A stretch of 64,000 nucleotides of DNA from an uncultured Chloroflexia bacterium (GTDB lineage: Bacteria; Chloroflexota; Dehalococcoidia; Dehalococcoidales; RBG-16-60-22): positions 51,263-115,262 of the forward strand of contig CAVUAO010000002.1 of assembly GCA_963739515.1 (NCBI GenBank). The letters run 5' to 3'. Shown here piece after piece: positions 19,771 through 29,098 of the stretch. Numbering within the stretch: position 1 is the stretch's first letter; each line of letters opens with the position of its first letter. The position numbers and the translations under genes are program-made. Below the pieces are notes generated by a model. It was not told where the DNA came from. It did not search any database and worked only from the letters and a program-made list of their open reading frames with translations.

Positions 19771-20749
19771 CCTTAAAGCGGCGGTAGAAGGCCATCTCGC
19801 CGTCGAAGATGCGCTGGAAGAATATGATTCTCCGGAAACGGTGGAGATGATATCGGCGGCCCTGGCGTCGCAGGGTCACACCGTCGTCCGTCTGGGCGGC
19901 GGCAAACACTTTCTCGATAATATCCGCCGCGAGAGTGTTGACCTCGTCTTTAACATCGCCGAAGGCCGCGGTACTTATCGCAGTCGCGAGGCCCAGGTGC
20001 CGGCCGTCCTGGAAATGCTGGATATTCCCTTTACCGGCTCCGACCCTCTGACCCTGGCGGTCTGCCTGGACAAGCCGCTGACCAAGAAGCTGATGGCGGC
20101 GGAAGGTATCCGCACGCCCGACTGGTTCGTTATCGCCGGTGAGGCGGAGCTGCGCCGCGCGCCCTGGCATAACCTGAAATTCCCCGTCATCATCAAGCCG
20201 GCAGCGGAGGGCTCAAGCAAGGGCATTCGTCTGACATCGCTGGCGCATAACGTCCCCCAGGCGGAAGACGAGGCCCGCCGGATTTTCCAGGGCTACCGCC
20301 AGCCGGTCATGGCGGAGGAGTTCATCAGCGGCGACGAGGTCACTGTGGGGATAACCGGAAACTCGCCGCCCAAAATCGTCGGCATGATGCGCGTCGTCCC
20401 CAAGAAACCGGTCGAGCATTTCGTCTACTCGCTGGAAGTGAAACGCGACTACGTAAACCTCGTGGACTACGAGTGCCCCGCCCGGCTGCCGCGGCGTACC
20501 CTCGATACGATGGAGCTTTTCGCTCTGAGAGCCTTTAAGATGCTGGGCTGCCGGGACTTTTCCCGCATCGACTTCCGGGTCGGCCTGGACGGCACGCCTT
20601 ACTTTATCGAAATCAATCCGCTGCCCGGACTGGGGAGCTATAGCGACCTCGTTATCATGGCTCAGATGCTCGGGTGGACTTATGAGGCGTTAATCGGCGC
20701 GGTGCTCGATGCCGCTTTAAAGAGGTACCCGCAATGTGTGCGCGTATAG
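19748..20749 (+). CDS. ATP-grasp ligase, D-Ala-D-Ala ligase-like (copy 1)
   Basis: FNIAEG, PFTGS, LDK, KP..EGSSKG, RIDFR, EINPLPG. Confidence 0.9.
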   Translation: MRIGLSFDLKAAVEGHLAVEDALEEYDSPETVEMISAALASQGHTVVRLGGGKHFLDNIRRESVDLVFNIAEGRGTYRSREAQVPAVLEMLDIPFTGSDPLTLAVCLDKPLTKKLMAAEGIRTPDWFVIAGEAELRRAPWHNLKFPVIIKPAAEGSSKGIRLTSLAHNVPQAEDEARRIFQGYRQPVMAEEFISGDEVTVGITGNSPPKIVGMMRVVPKKPVEHFVYSLEVKRDYVNLVDYECPARLPRRTLDTMELFALRAFKMLGCRDFSRIDFRVGLDGTPYFIEINPLPGLGSYSDLVIMAQMLGWTYEALIGAVLDAALKRYPQCVRV

Positions 20750-21813
20750 CCGTTGTCTATAACGAGCCGAACCCGTCGCGTTACGACCGTACCAATGAGC
20801 AAAAGGCGGTCATCGGTGTCCTTGAGGCGGTGGAAGCGGTCCGCGCTTCGATAGTTGAGCTCGGGTACGAGGTCGTCCTCCTGCCGCTGGTGCCGCCCTT
20901 TAAGACCGCCCGGCAAAAGCTGGCCGCGCTGGATGTCGCGCTGGTCTTCAACCTTTTCGAGGGTTTTTGCGGCGAGCCGGAAACGGAAGCCCTGGTGCCG
21001 GAAGCCCTGGACGAGTTGGGCATACCTTTTACCGGCTGTCGGACCTCGGTGCTCCGCCTGGCTCTTGATAAAGCCAAGGTCAAGGTGCTGCTCCAGGCCG
21101 CCGGCATCCCTACCGCGGACTTCCAGCTTCTTAATCCCGATACTCTCTCCACGTTCCGGCTCGAATTTCCCTGTATTGTTAAGCCCCGCGCCGAGGATGC
21201 CAGTCACGGCATTACCGCGGACAGCGTTGTGCGGGACTTTGAATCTCTCGCCAGGCAGGTCAGGGTTGTGTCCGAATCTTACGGCGGCAGTGCCCTGGTG
21301 GAAAAGTTTATTGGCGGGCGGGAGTTTAACGCCACCGTGATGGGCAACGAAAAGTGTATTGTGTTGCCCGTGTCTGAAATCGTCTATTCGCTAGCCCCGG
21401 ACGTGCCCCGCATATTGAGCTTTGAAGCTAAGTGGGAGGAGGACAGCGTTTATTTCAAGGGTACCAAGGTTGTTTGCCCGGCGCCCATAAGAGCCGCGGA
21501 GTGGGATTATATCGCCGCGACGGCCCTGGCGTCTTATAATTTGCTCGATTGCACCGGCTATGCCCGGGTGGATATGCGCATGGATGAAGCGGGAAAACTT
21601 AATGTGATGGAAGTCAATCCTAACCCGGATATCTCTCCAGGGACCGGCGCGGCCCGTCAGGCCCTGGCGGCCGGCATGAATTACGCGCAGTTTGTGGATA
21701 GAATTGTGAAACTGGCTCTGGAGAGGAAAGAATATGACCATCGGAATCCGCGCCATGGTCGCCGGGGACAAACCGGCGCTGATGCGAATACTGCGGCATA
21801 CGCCCGAATTTAA
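20734..21813 (+). CDS. ATP-grasp ligase, D-Ala-D-Ala ligase-like (copy 2)
   Basis: FNLFEG, PFTG, LDK, KP..EDASHG, RVDMR, EVNPNP. Confidence 0.9.
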   Translation: MCARIAVVYNEPNPSRYDRTNEQKAVIGVLEAVEAVRASIVELGYEVVLLPLVPPFKTARQKLAALDVALVFNLFEGFCGEPETEALVPEALDELGIPFTGCRTSVLRLALDKAKVKVLLQAAGIPTADFQLLNPDTLSTFRLEFPCIVKPRAEDASHGITADSVVRDFESLARQVRVVSESYGGSALVEKFIGGREFNATVMGNEKCIVLPVSEIVYSLAPDVPRILSFEAKWEEDSVYFKGTKVVCPAPIRAAEWDYIAATALASYNLLDCTGYARVDMRMDEAGKLNVMEVNPNPDISPGTGAARQALAAGMNYAQFVDRIVKLALERKEYDHRNPRHGRRGQTGADANTAAYARI

Positions 21814-22210
21814 GCCTTTCGAGGTGGCGGTGGCGGAGGAGGTCATTGACGCCTATCTTGCCGACCCCATTGGTACCGGTTACTTTACCCTGGTCGCTGA
21901 GGACGACGGCAAAATCGCGGGCTACGTCTGTTATGGAGAAACGCCTTGCACCGTGGGCACCTGGGATATCTTCTGGATAGCCGTCGACCGGACAAAAAGG
22001 GGAAGGGGCATCGGCAAAATCCTTTCGGAAAAGGCGGAAGCGGCGATTAAACAGGCCGGGGGCAGGCTGGCGGTCATTGAGACCTCCTCGACCCCTCTGT
22101 ATGAAAATACCCGGCGTTTTTACCTCGGCCGCGGCTATGAGAACGTCGCCCGCATCCCGGATTTCTATTCCCCCGGCGACGATAAACTTATTCTCCTGAA
22201 GAAGCTATAA
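21734..22210 (+). CDS. GNAT family N-acetyltransferase
   Basis: IAV...RGRGIG acetyl-CoA motif, FY..GY. Confidence 0.92.
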   Translation: MTIGIRAMVAGDKPALMRILRHTPEFKPFEVAVAEEVIDAYLADPIGTGYFTLVAEDDGKIAGYVCYGETPCTVGTWDIFWIAVDRTKRGRGIGKILSEKAEAAIKQAGGRLAVIETSSTPLYENTRRFYLGRGYENVARIPDFYSPGDDKLILLKKL

Positions 22211-22252
22211 TAATATTAGCCGGAATTCCAGCCTGGGAGGGGATACTTTAGC

Positions 22253-22849
22253 GTGTCCTGGCAAAATTTCGTTTTGACCTTCGTGCCCCTGTTCATCGTT
22301 ATCGATGCCTTCGGCAATCTGCCCTTCGTCATCACCATGGGCGAAGGCAGAGATAAATCGGAACGCCGCCGCATGGTCCATATCGCCGTCATCACCGCGA
22401 CCATCGTCGGGCTGGTCTTCCTTTTCTTCGGACGTTTTATCCTGGACGTGATGAATATCTCCGTCGGCTCTTTCGCCATCGCCGGCGGCATTATCCTGCT
22501 GGTGCTCTCGATTAACTACATGATCAGCGGCCACATGGTCACGACCATTAAAGAAGAGATGGTGGCGGTCGTGCCCATCGGCACCCCGCTGACGGTCGGC
22601 CCGGCCACCATCACCACCCTGATTATCCTGGCCCTCCAGTATCCCCTTTATTTGGTCCTCATCTCTTTTGCCCTGAACATGCTGATTACCTGGATTGTCT
22701 TCATGTTAAGCCAGCGGATTGGCGCTTTCATGGGGCAGGGCGGTATCAGGGCGGTCTCGCGGGTCTTCTCCCTGCTGCTCGCTGCCATCGCCGTGAGCAT
22801 GGTGATCCACGGGCTAAATCTCGTTGGCATCATCAACGCGACAGGCTAG
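22253..22849 (+). CDS. MarC family integral membrane protein
   Basis: LFIVID..GN, IAGG, AVVPIGTPL.VGP, R..LLLAAIAV. Confidence 0.92.
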   Translation: MSWQNFVLTFVPLFIVIDAFGNLPFVITMGEGRDKSERRRMVHIAVITATIVGLVFLFFGRFILDVMNISVGSFAIAGGIILLVLSINYMISGHMVTTIKEEMVAVVPIGTPLTVGPATITTLIILALQYPLYLVLISFALNMLITWIVFMLSQRIGAFMGQGGIRAVSRVFSLLLAAIAVSMVIHGLNLVGIINATG

Positions 22850-22914
22850 ATGACATCTTTTAATTTCGTTCCTGCTATAATCTAATGCGGTTGTATGGCA
22901 TGAGTTAGCCTTCG

Positions 22915-24153
22915 ATGATTTCCATAATTACCCTGGCGGTGGTTTTTCTGCTTATCGCCGTGCGCCGGGTCGGCAATATCAGGCTCCGGATATGGCAGAT
23001 TATGCTCCTGGGGGCGCTGGTCGTTCTCGTTACCCGGGAAATATCCCCTTTAAATGCCCTCAAGGCGATCAATATCGACGTGATGCTTTTCCTTTTCGGC
23101 GTTTTCACCATCGGCCAGGCGATGGAGGACAGCGGCTATCTCGGCCACCTGGCTTACCGCTTTTTCGGGAAGGCCCATTCCCTGAACTCTTTGGTGCTCC
23201 TGATACTTTTCGGCGTGGGTCTGCTCTCGGCGTTGCTTTTAAACGACACCCTGGCTATCATCGGCACGCCCGTGGTACTGTCTCTCGCCGGCCGGAACAA
23301 TACCCAGCCCAAAATCCTGCTGCTTTCCCTGGCTTTCGCCGTAACCATCGGCAGCGTGATGAGTCCCATCGGCAATCCCCAGAATTTGCTGATAGCCATC
23401 CATGGCAACGTGACCAACCCTTTCGTAACTTTCTTTAAATACCTCATACTGCCCACTTTGTTGAACTTGGCGATCGCTTACGGTCTATTGAGACTATTCT
23501 ACCGTAAACATTTTGGCGGTCAGCCTGCGGTGCAATCTGAAGAGCCGATAAAGGACGTCCGGTTGGCCAATCTTGCCAGGATTTCTTTGGTCATGCTGGT
23601 CGTTCTGGTGCTGGTCAAGATATTGATGGTGTTTATCGCGCCAAACATCGATTTCAAGCTGACCTATATCGCCCTGGCGGCGGCTTTACCCATTTTTGTC
23701 TTTATTCCCCGCCGCCCCGGCATATTGAAACGGCTCGACTGGTTTACCCTGATTTTCTTTGCCGCGATGTTCGTCCTGATGCAGAGCGTCTGGGACTCCG
23801 GCTATTTCCAGAGGGCGATTGCTTCCACGAACATTAATTTGAATTCGACGGGCATGATTCTGGGGGTGAGCGTTCTGCTGAGCCAGGTGCTCTCCAACGT
23901 CCCCCTGGTGGCGCTCTATTTGCCGGTGCTTTTACAGGCGGGCGCGGCGACTACCCAGATGATGGCGCTGGCGGCGGGGAGCACCATCGCCGGCAACCTC
24001 ACCATCCTCGGCGCGGCCAGCAATATTATCATTATCCAGAACGCTGAGAAACGGAGCGGCGCCACTCTGACTTTTCTGGAGTTCGTGAAAATCGGCGTGC
24101 CCCTGACCATTTTGAACGTGACGGTCTATTGGCTCTTTCTGATGATTTTCTGA
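22915..24153 (+). CDS. ArsB/NhaD (SLC13/CitM) family anion permease
   Basis: NDT, IGSVMSPIGNPQN, SNVP, STIAGN...GAASN. Confidence 0.9.
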   Translation: MISIITLAVVFLLIAVRRVGNIRLRIWQIMLLGALVVLVTREISPLNALKAINIDVMLFLFGVFTIGQAMEDSGYLGHLAYRFFGKAHSLNSLVLLILFGVGLLSALLLNDTLAIIGTPVVLSLAGRNNTQPKILLLSLAFAVTIGSVMSPIGNPQNLLIAIHGNVTNPFVTFFKYLILPTLLNLAIAYGLLRLFYRKHFGGQPAVQSEEPIKDVRLANLARISLVMLVVLVLVKILMVFIAPNIDFKLTYIALAAALPIFVFIPRRPGILKRLDWFTLIFFAAMFVLMQSVWDSGYFQRAIASTNINLNSTGMILGVSVLLSQVLSNVPLVALYLPVLLQAGAATTQMMALAAGSTIAGNLTILGAASNIIIIQNAEKRSGATLTFLEFVKIGVPLTILNVTVYWLFLMIF

Positions 24154-24166
24154 ATCGATTGATTCT

Positions 24167-24991
24167 TCAGGCCGGCAGGTTTTTCAGGAAATCGAAAAGA
24201 GCGGCTTTATACTCCCCGAAATTATCGCGGCGGATATTGTGGGTCGTGCCTTTAATCTGTACCCATTTGAAGGGCTGTTTTGATTTCCAGAGCTTAGCGG
24301 CGTTGACGGCTACTTCTGGTGTCACGATGCCTTGTTCGGCAATAATGAGGAGGGTGGGGCACTTTATTTGCGGCACCAGCTCGGAGTAATGGTGCTCGTT
24401 AACGATAGGGTATTGGAATAATTCGACATCGAATTGCTGCTTGGCTCTGGCCCAGGGGAGTCTTTCTTCCTCCGGCCACTGGGGGTCGCTCTTGCGGCTT
24501 TCCTGGAGGATACCTTCCAGAGTCAGTTTGCGGAGGCCCGTCAGCCACTTTACCCTGGCGGCCCCTTCCTTTCTCGCTGCCTCGGCCTCTGCGGCGTTAG
24601 CTGGCGGCTCGCCCCAGGGCGGGTCTTCCAGGATGATGGCTCTGGGCAGCGAGGGATAGGTGATGGCGATATTCGCGGCGGTGTCGGCTCCCATGGAATG
24701 CCCCATGACGAGGGGTTTCTTTAGGCCCAGTTCTCGCGCCAGCCCGACTATCTGCTTAACAAGTTTTTCGAAATTAAAGCCCTCGCCAAGCCTGTCCGAG
24801 AGGCCGTGCCCCGGTAAGTCCGGCATGATAACGTCATAGCTTTCCGCGAGGGATGACGCTATCCTCGTCCAGCAAAGCCCGTTGTCCGTCGCGCCGTGCA
24901 GGAGGATGAAGGGCGGTTTCCTGCCGCCGGTGCGGCAATAGTGAATCCTGACGCCATCTACATTGAGATAGCCTTCCGTGTATTTTAACAT
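24167..24991 (-). CDS. Alpha/beta hydrolase
   Basis: LHG, DLPGHGLS, GHSMG nucleophile elbow, C-terminal His. Confidence 0.92.
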   Translation of the reverse strand: MLKYTEGYLNVDGVRIHYCRTGGRKPPFILLHGATDNGLCWTRIASSLAESYDVIMPDLPGHGLSDRLGEGFNFEKLVKQIVGLARELGLKKPLVMGHSMGADTAANIAITYPSLPRAIILEDPPWGEPPANAAEAEAARKEGAARVKWLTGLRKLTLEGILQESRKSDPQWPEEERLPWARAKQQFDVELFQYPIVNEHHYSELVPQIKCPTLLIIAEQGIVTPEVAVNAAKLWKSKQPFKWVQIKGTTHNIRRDNFGEYKAALFDFLKNLPA

Positions 24992-25115
24992 GGAGCTCCT
25001 TTTATATCGGGATGTTTTATTTTAACTAATCAGTTGTATGAAAGTAAATTTGGGAAATATCAGAGAAAAATGCTAGTATATGGCTGGAATCGATAGAAAG
25101 TCAGGGAGATGAAGA

Positions 25116-25508
25116 ATGGTAGTTAAAACAATCAGGCAAACGGTAACGATTAAAGCCGCCCCGCACGATGTCTATGAGGCTTTAATGGACTCGAAGAAGC
25201 ATTCCCAATTTACCGGCGGCAAGGCGGTCATCAGCCGTAAAGTCGGCGGTAAATTTACCGCTTATGACGAATATGCCGAAGGCGTCAACCTGGAGCTGGT
25301 GCCGGACAAGAAAATCGTACAGTCCTGGCGCGCCAGCGATTGGCCGGAAGGCCACTATTCTAAAGCCACCTTCGCTCTTGAGGCAACAGCTGCAGGCACG
25401 AAATTAACTTTCACCCAGACGGATATACCGGAAGAGTTTGCCGCTGACGTGGCTCAAGGGTGGCGGGACTATTACTGGGCGCCCATGAAAGAGATGCTGG
25501 AAAAGTAA
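25116..25508 (+). CDS. SRPBCC / AHSA1-like domain protein
   Basis: VGGKF, KIVQSWR, GW.DYYW. Confidence 0.88.
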   Translation: MVVKTIRQTVTIKAAPHDVYEALMDSKKHSQFTGGKAVISRKVGGKFTAYDEYAEGVNLELVPDKKIVQSWRASDWPEGHYSKATFALEATAAGTKLTFTQTDIPEEFAADVAQGWRDYYWAPMKEMLEK

Positions 25509-25534
25509 CATTCTTAAACTGTCAGGAGAAAAAT

Positions 25535-27625
25535 ATGCCTTCCCCGAAATTCGAAAAGCTTATGGAGCCCGGCCGCATCGGCCCGGTGAAGACCCGTAAC
25601 CGCATTATCAAGACCGGCGCCGGGACGTTCATGTGGCACGAGGATGAGACCCGTATGAACGCGGCTATCCTGGCTTATTACGAGTCGCTGGCCCGGGGCG
25701 GCGTCGGGCTTTTGATTGTCGAGTCCCCGACGATTGACTACCCTTTGGGCGCGCGCTGGCGGGAGCGCTACCGTATTGACGACGATAAATATATTCAGGG
25801 TCTCAGCGAGCTGACACAGATAATCCATAAATACGGCTGCCCCGCGTTCATGCAGATGAACCACGACGGCCCCTGGCAGCGGGCGCTGCTGGGAAATACG
25901 CCTTTCTTCGATGGTCAGCCCATCGCCGCTTCGCCGGTTACCGTGAAAGCCGCTAACGATTTTCATAACGAAATGCCCCACCCTCTTACCATCCCGGAAA
26001 TCGAGGTCATTATCGATAAGTTCGCCAGCGCCGCCGTGCGCGCCCAAAAAGCCGGCTTCGATGGCGTGGATATCAATGCCGCCAGCAGCCACCTGCTGCA
26101 TAATTTTTTGTCGCCCTTCTGGAACCGGCGCCAGGATATCTATGGCGGCACTCTCGAAAACCGGGCGCGTTTTGTGACCTCCATCGTCAAAGAGATTAAA
26201 AAACGTCTGGGCAAGGACTTCCCGGTATCCGTTTGCATAAATGCCAGGGAATACGGCCGACTCGCCGGTATTTCCGATGATAAGTGCCTGACGGTGGCCG
26301 ACGCTAAAGGGACGGCGCGTTTGCTGGAGGCGGCCGGCGCCGATGCCATCCACGTGCGCAGCCACTGGCTGGGCTACCACGTCGGCGGTTATCTCCCCGA
26401 CCTGCTTTTCTATCCGGAGCCGCCCATCCCTTTAAAATCTTTCCCGAAAGAATATCACGCGCGTCGGCGCGGTCGGGCGTGGAACGTCGAGTTCGCCGCC
26501 GGCATCAAGCAGGCGGTCTCTATTCCGGTGATGGTGGTCGCCAAGCTCGACCCCGTCCTGGGGGAAAACGCCCTGCGGGAAGGCAAAGCTGACTTTATTG
26601 CCATGACCCGGCGCCTTCAGGCCGACCCCGACCTCCCCAACAAGGTCGCCGCCGGTAAATGGGAGGATATTGCCCCCTGCACCGCCTGTGAAAACTGCCT
26701 GGGGAGCCGGCGCTGTCGCATCAATGCCTTCATGGGCAAAGAGTATAATACCGTCGCAAAAGCGACTAACAAGAAAAAGGTTTTAGTGGTCGGGGCAGGC
26801 CCGGCCGGGCTTGAGGCCGCCAGGGTGGCCGCATTGCGTGGCCATGACGTTGCCCTTTACGATAAGCTGAACCGCGTCGGAGGGTTGTTGCCCATTGCCG
26901 CGATGGTCAAGGGCACCGAGCTTGAAGACCTGCCGGCGATGGTCCACTATTTTAGGCGTCAGTTGAAAAAACTGGACGTTAAAATAAACCTTGGCCAAGA
27001 GGTAAATTCGGCCATTATCGACCAGGTCAAGCCGGATGTGGTTATCCTCGCTACCGGCGGCACGCCGGCTATGCCGGAGATAAAAGGCATCGGTGGCCGG
27101 AACGTCGTCAGTAACGCTGCCCTCCACCGCAAACTCAAGTTTTATCTGCGTTTTTTCAGTCCGCAGGCCCTCCGCTGGCTGACGCGCTTTTATCTGCCGG
27201 TCGGCAAGAGGGTGGTGATTATCGGCGGCAGTCTGCACGGCTGTGAGCTTGGCGAGTTCCTCGCCCGGCGGGGCCGGCAGGTCACTATCGTGGAAAAATC
27301 GGCTACGTTGGGGCAGGGGATGGTAGACGTCATCCAGGCTTACCTGTTCGACTGGTTTCGCAAGAAGGCCGTGACCCTCATTAGCGGGGTGAAAGAGTAC
27401 GTGGAAATCACGGACAAAGGCTTGACGATAGTTAATCAAGAGGGTGAAAAGCAGACCATCCCCGCCGATACTGTTATCCCCGCCCTTCCCCTTTCTCCCG
27501 ATTTGAAACTTTACGAAAGTCTCAAAGGCAAAGTATCGGAAATTTATGCCATCGGCGATTGTATCGAGCCGCTTCTGATTGCCGATGCTGTCAGCAAGGG
27601 TATGGAAACCGCCCGAAATATCTAG
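25535..27625 (+). CDS. NADH:flavin oxidoreductase / ene-reductase (OYE barrel, Fe-S and FAD domain; FadH/BaiCD-like)
   Basis: GFDGVDINAA, FLSP.WNRR.D.YGG, CTACENC, VVGAGPAG, IGD; start MPSPK after AGGAG. Confidence 0.92.
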   Translation: MPSPKFEKLMEPGRIGPVKTRNRIIKTGAGTFMWHEDETRMNAAILAYYESLARGGVGLLIVESPTIDYPLGARWRERYRIDDDKYIQGLSELTQIIHKYGCPAFMQMNHDGPWQRALLGNTPFFDGQPIAASPVTVKAANDFHNEMPHPLTIPEIEVIIDKFASAAVRAQKAGFDGVDINAASSHLLHNFLSPFWNRRQDIYGGTLENRARFVTSIVKEIKKRLGKDFPVSVCINAREYGRLAGISDDKCLTVADAKGTARLLEAAGADAIHVRSHWLGYHVGGYLPDLLFYPEPPIPLKSFPKEYHARRRGRAWNVEFAAGIKQAVSIPVMVVAKLDPVLGENALREGKADFIAMTRRLQADPDLPNKVAAGKWEDIAPCTACENCLGSRRCRINAFMGKEYNTVAKATNKKKVLVVGAGPAGLEAARVAALRGHDVALYDKLNRVGGLLPIAAMVKGTELEDLPAMVHYFRRQLKKLDVKINLGQEVNSAIIDQVKPDVVILATGGTPAMPEIKGIGGRNVVSNAALHRKLKFYLRFFSPQALRWLTRFYLPVGKRVVIIGGSLHGCELGEFLARRGRQVTIVEKSATLGQGMVDVIQAYLFDWFRKKAVTLISGVKEYVEITDKGLTIVNQEGEKQTIPADTVIPALPLSPDLKLYESLKGKVSEIYAIGDCIEPLLIADAVSKGMETARNI

Positions 27626-27639
27626 AAGGAGCGCCAGTA

Positions 27640-28131
27640 ATGCCGAAAAAACAGAAGTACGCTAAAAACATCCTCACGGAAGACAAAATGCCCCCGCCGC
27701 CCGTCAGGGATGTGAAAAGCATGGAGAAGCAGGCGAAGGCGGGCCGGACCCTCGACCGGACGCTGCTGCTGGGTATTCAGAATTCGATAGTGAAGGGGGC
27801 CTTCTTCGCCGGGTGCGAGTGGCTCTGGCAGCTGACGGGCAACGGGCCGGTGGCCATCGAGACACCGCACACGCACGACTTCGACGAGATCATCGGGTTC
27901 GCCGGCTCGAACCGCAATCACCCGCGCGACCTCGGCGGGGAAATCGAGTTCTGGATGGGCGACGAGCCTTATACGCTTACTAAAACCTGTTTCATTTTTA
28001 TCCCCAGGGGGGTAAAGCATTGTCCGGTCGTTTTAAAAAGGATAGACACGCCGATTTTCATGTTTGAGTCCGGCAACAATACTTCGTACGAAAAGATAAA
28101 ATCGAACGCGAGGAGAAAAAGCCATGCCTAA
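27640..28131 (+). CDS. Cupin-like protein (paralogue 1)
   Basis: PHTHDFDE...LGGEIEF...IPRGVKHCP. Confidence 0.8.
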   Translation: MPKKQKYAKNILTEDKMPPPPVRDVKSMEKQAKAGRTLDRTLLLGIQNSIVKGAFFAGCEWLWQLTGNGPVAIETPHTHDFDEIIGFAGSNRNHPRDLGGEIEFWMGDEPYTLTKTCFIFIPRGVKHCPVVLKRIDTPIFMFESGNNTSYEKIKSNARRKSHA

Positions 28132-28612
28132 GAGAACCACCAAAAAGTACGATGCGAAGAAACACTTCGTGAGTAAGCCCGCTTATGAAGTTATCCCCTT
28201 GGAGGATGTAAAAAACCGCCGCCCGGCGATGACCCTGATGAGCAATAACCTCGTGCCGGGCAGCAATTTTTATATCGAGACGGGCTGGGTGTTCGGCATG
28301 CCCGACCCCAATCCCCACATCCACGAGCACGTCCATGATTACGATGAAATTGTCATCCACCTCGGCACCGACCCTAAAGACCAGGAGGAGCTGGGCGGTG
28401 AAATCGAGTTTATGGTGGACGGGCAGCCGTTAATCATCAATAAGACCTCGGCGGTGTATGTGCCCAAAGGCGTTAAGCACGGGCCGCTGGTCTGGAAAAA
28501 ATACAGCCGGCCGCATCTGGAATTTACGATCATGGTGGGCGCCGGGTCCCTGGCGGAAGCCGACCCCGGCGGACATCAAAAAAGAAAGGCAGGGAAAAAG
28601 AAAAATGGCTAA
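28124..28612 (+). CDS. Cupin-like protein (paralogue 2)
   Basis: EHVHDYDE...LGGEIEF...VPKGVKHGP. Confidence 0.8.
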   Translation: MPKRTTKKYDAKKHFVSKPAYEVIPLEDVKNRRPAMTLMSNNLVPGSNFYIETGWVFGMPDPNPHIHEHVHDYDEIVIHLGTDPKDQEELGGEIEFMVDGQPLIINKTSAVYVPKGVKHGPLVWKKYSRPHLEFTIMVGAGSLAEADPGGHQKRKAGKKKNG

Positions 28613-29048
28613 ATGGGATAAAAAATACTTCGTTACCGAGCTCAGAGATGTCGTCGGCGATGCCCCCTGGACGCCCGTCTTCGCGGATAATGAGGCGCGG
28701 CGCCTGCTTTCTCTGGACGGCGATGTGAGAAAAGGGGCTTTCTACATGGAAACAGCCTGGTTCCTCCCCGGCGATTGGCCGAAAAAAACGGGAGGGCTTA
28801 AAAACCGCACCATCGGGGCTCACACCCATGATTACGATGAGACCGTGGCCTGGGTGGGCACCGACCCCGCCGACCCGTATAACCTCCACGGGGAAATCGA
28901 AATCTGGATCGACGGCAAGCAGAGCTTCATCGATAAAAGCTTTATCGCTTTCATCCCGGCGGGCGTCGAGCACGGCCCGATCAACATCCGGAGGATAGAG
29001 AGGCCCATGTTCCACTTTACCGCCGGCATGGGTAAGAAATATCGTTAA
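28605..29048 (+). CDS. Cupin-like protein (paralogue 3)
   Basis: AHTHDYDE...LHGEIEI...IPAGVEHGP; start MAKWD overlaps the previous stop. Confidence 0.8.
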   Translation: MAKWDKKYFVTELRDVVGDAPWTPVFADNEARRLLSLDGDVRKGAFYMETAWFLPGDWPKKTGGLKNRTIGAHTHDYDETVAWVGTDPADPYNLHGEIEIWIDGKQSFIDKSFIAFIPAGVEHGPINIRRIERPMFHFTAGMGKKYR

Positions 29049-29098
29049 AGGGCATAATTCGGGATAACCGGGGGTCGGCTATTCTTTGAGGAGGTTGT

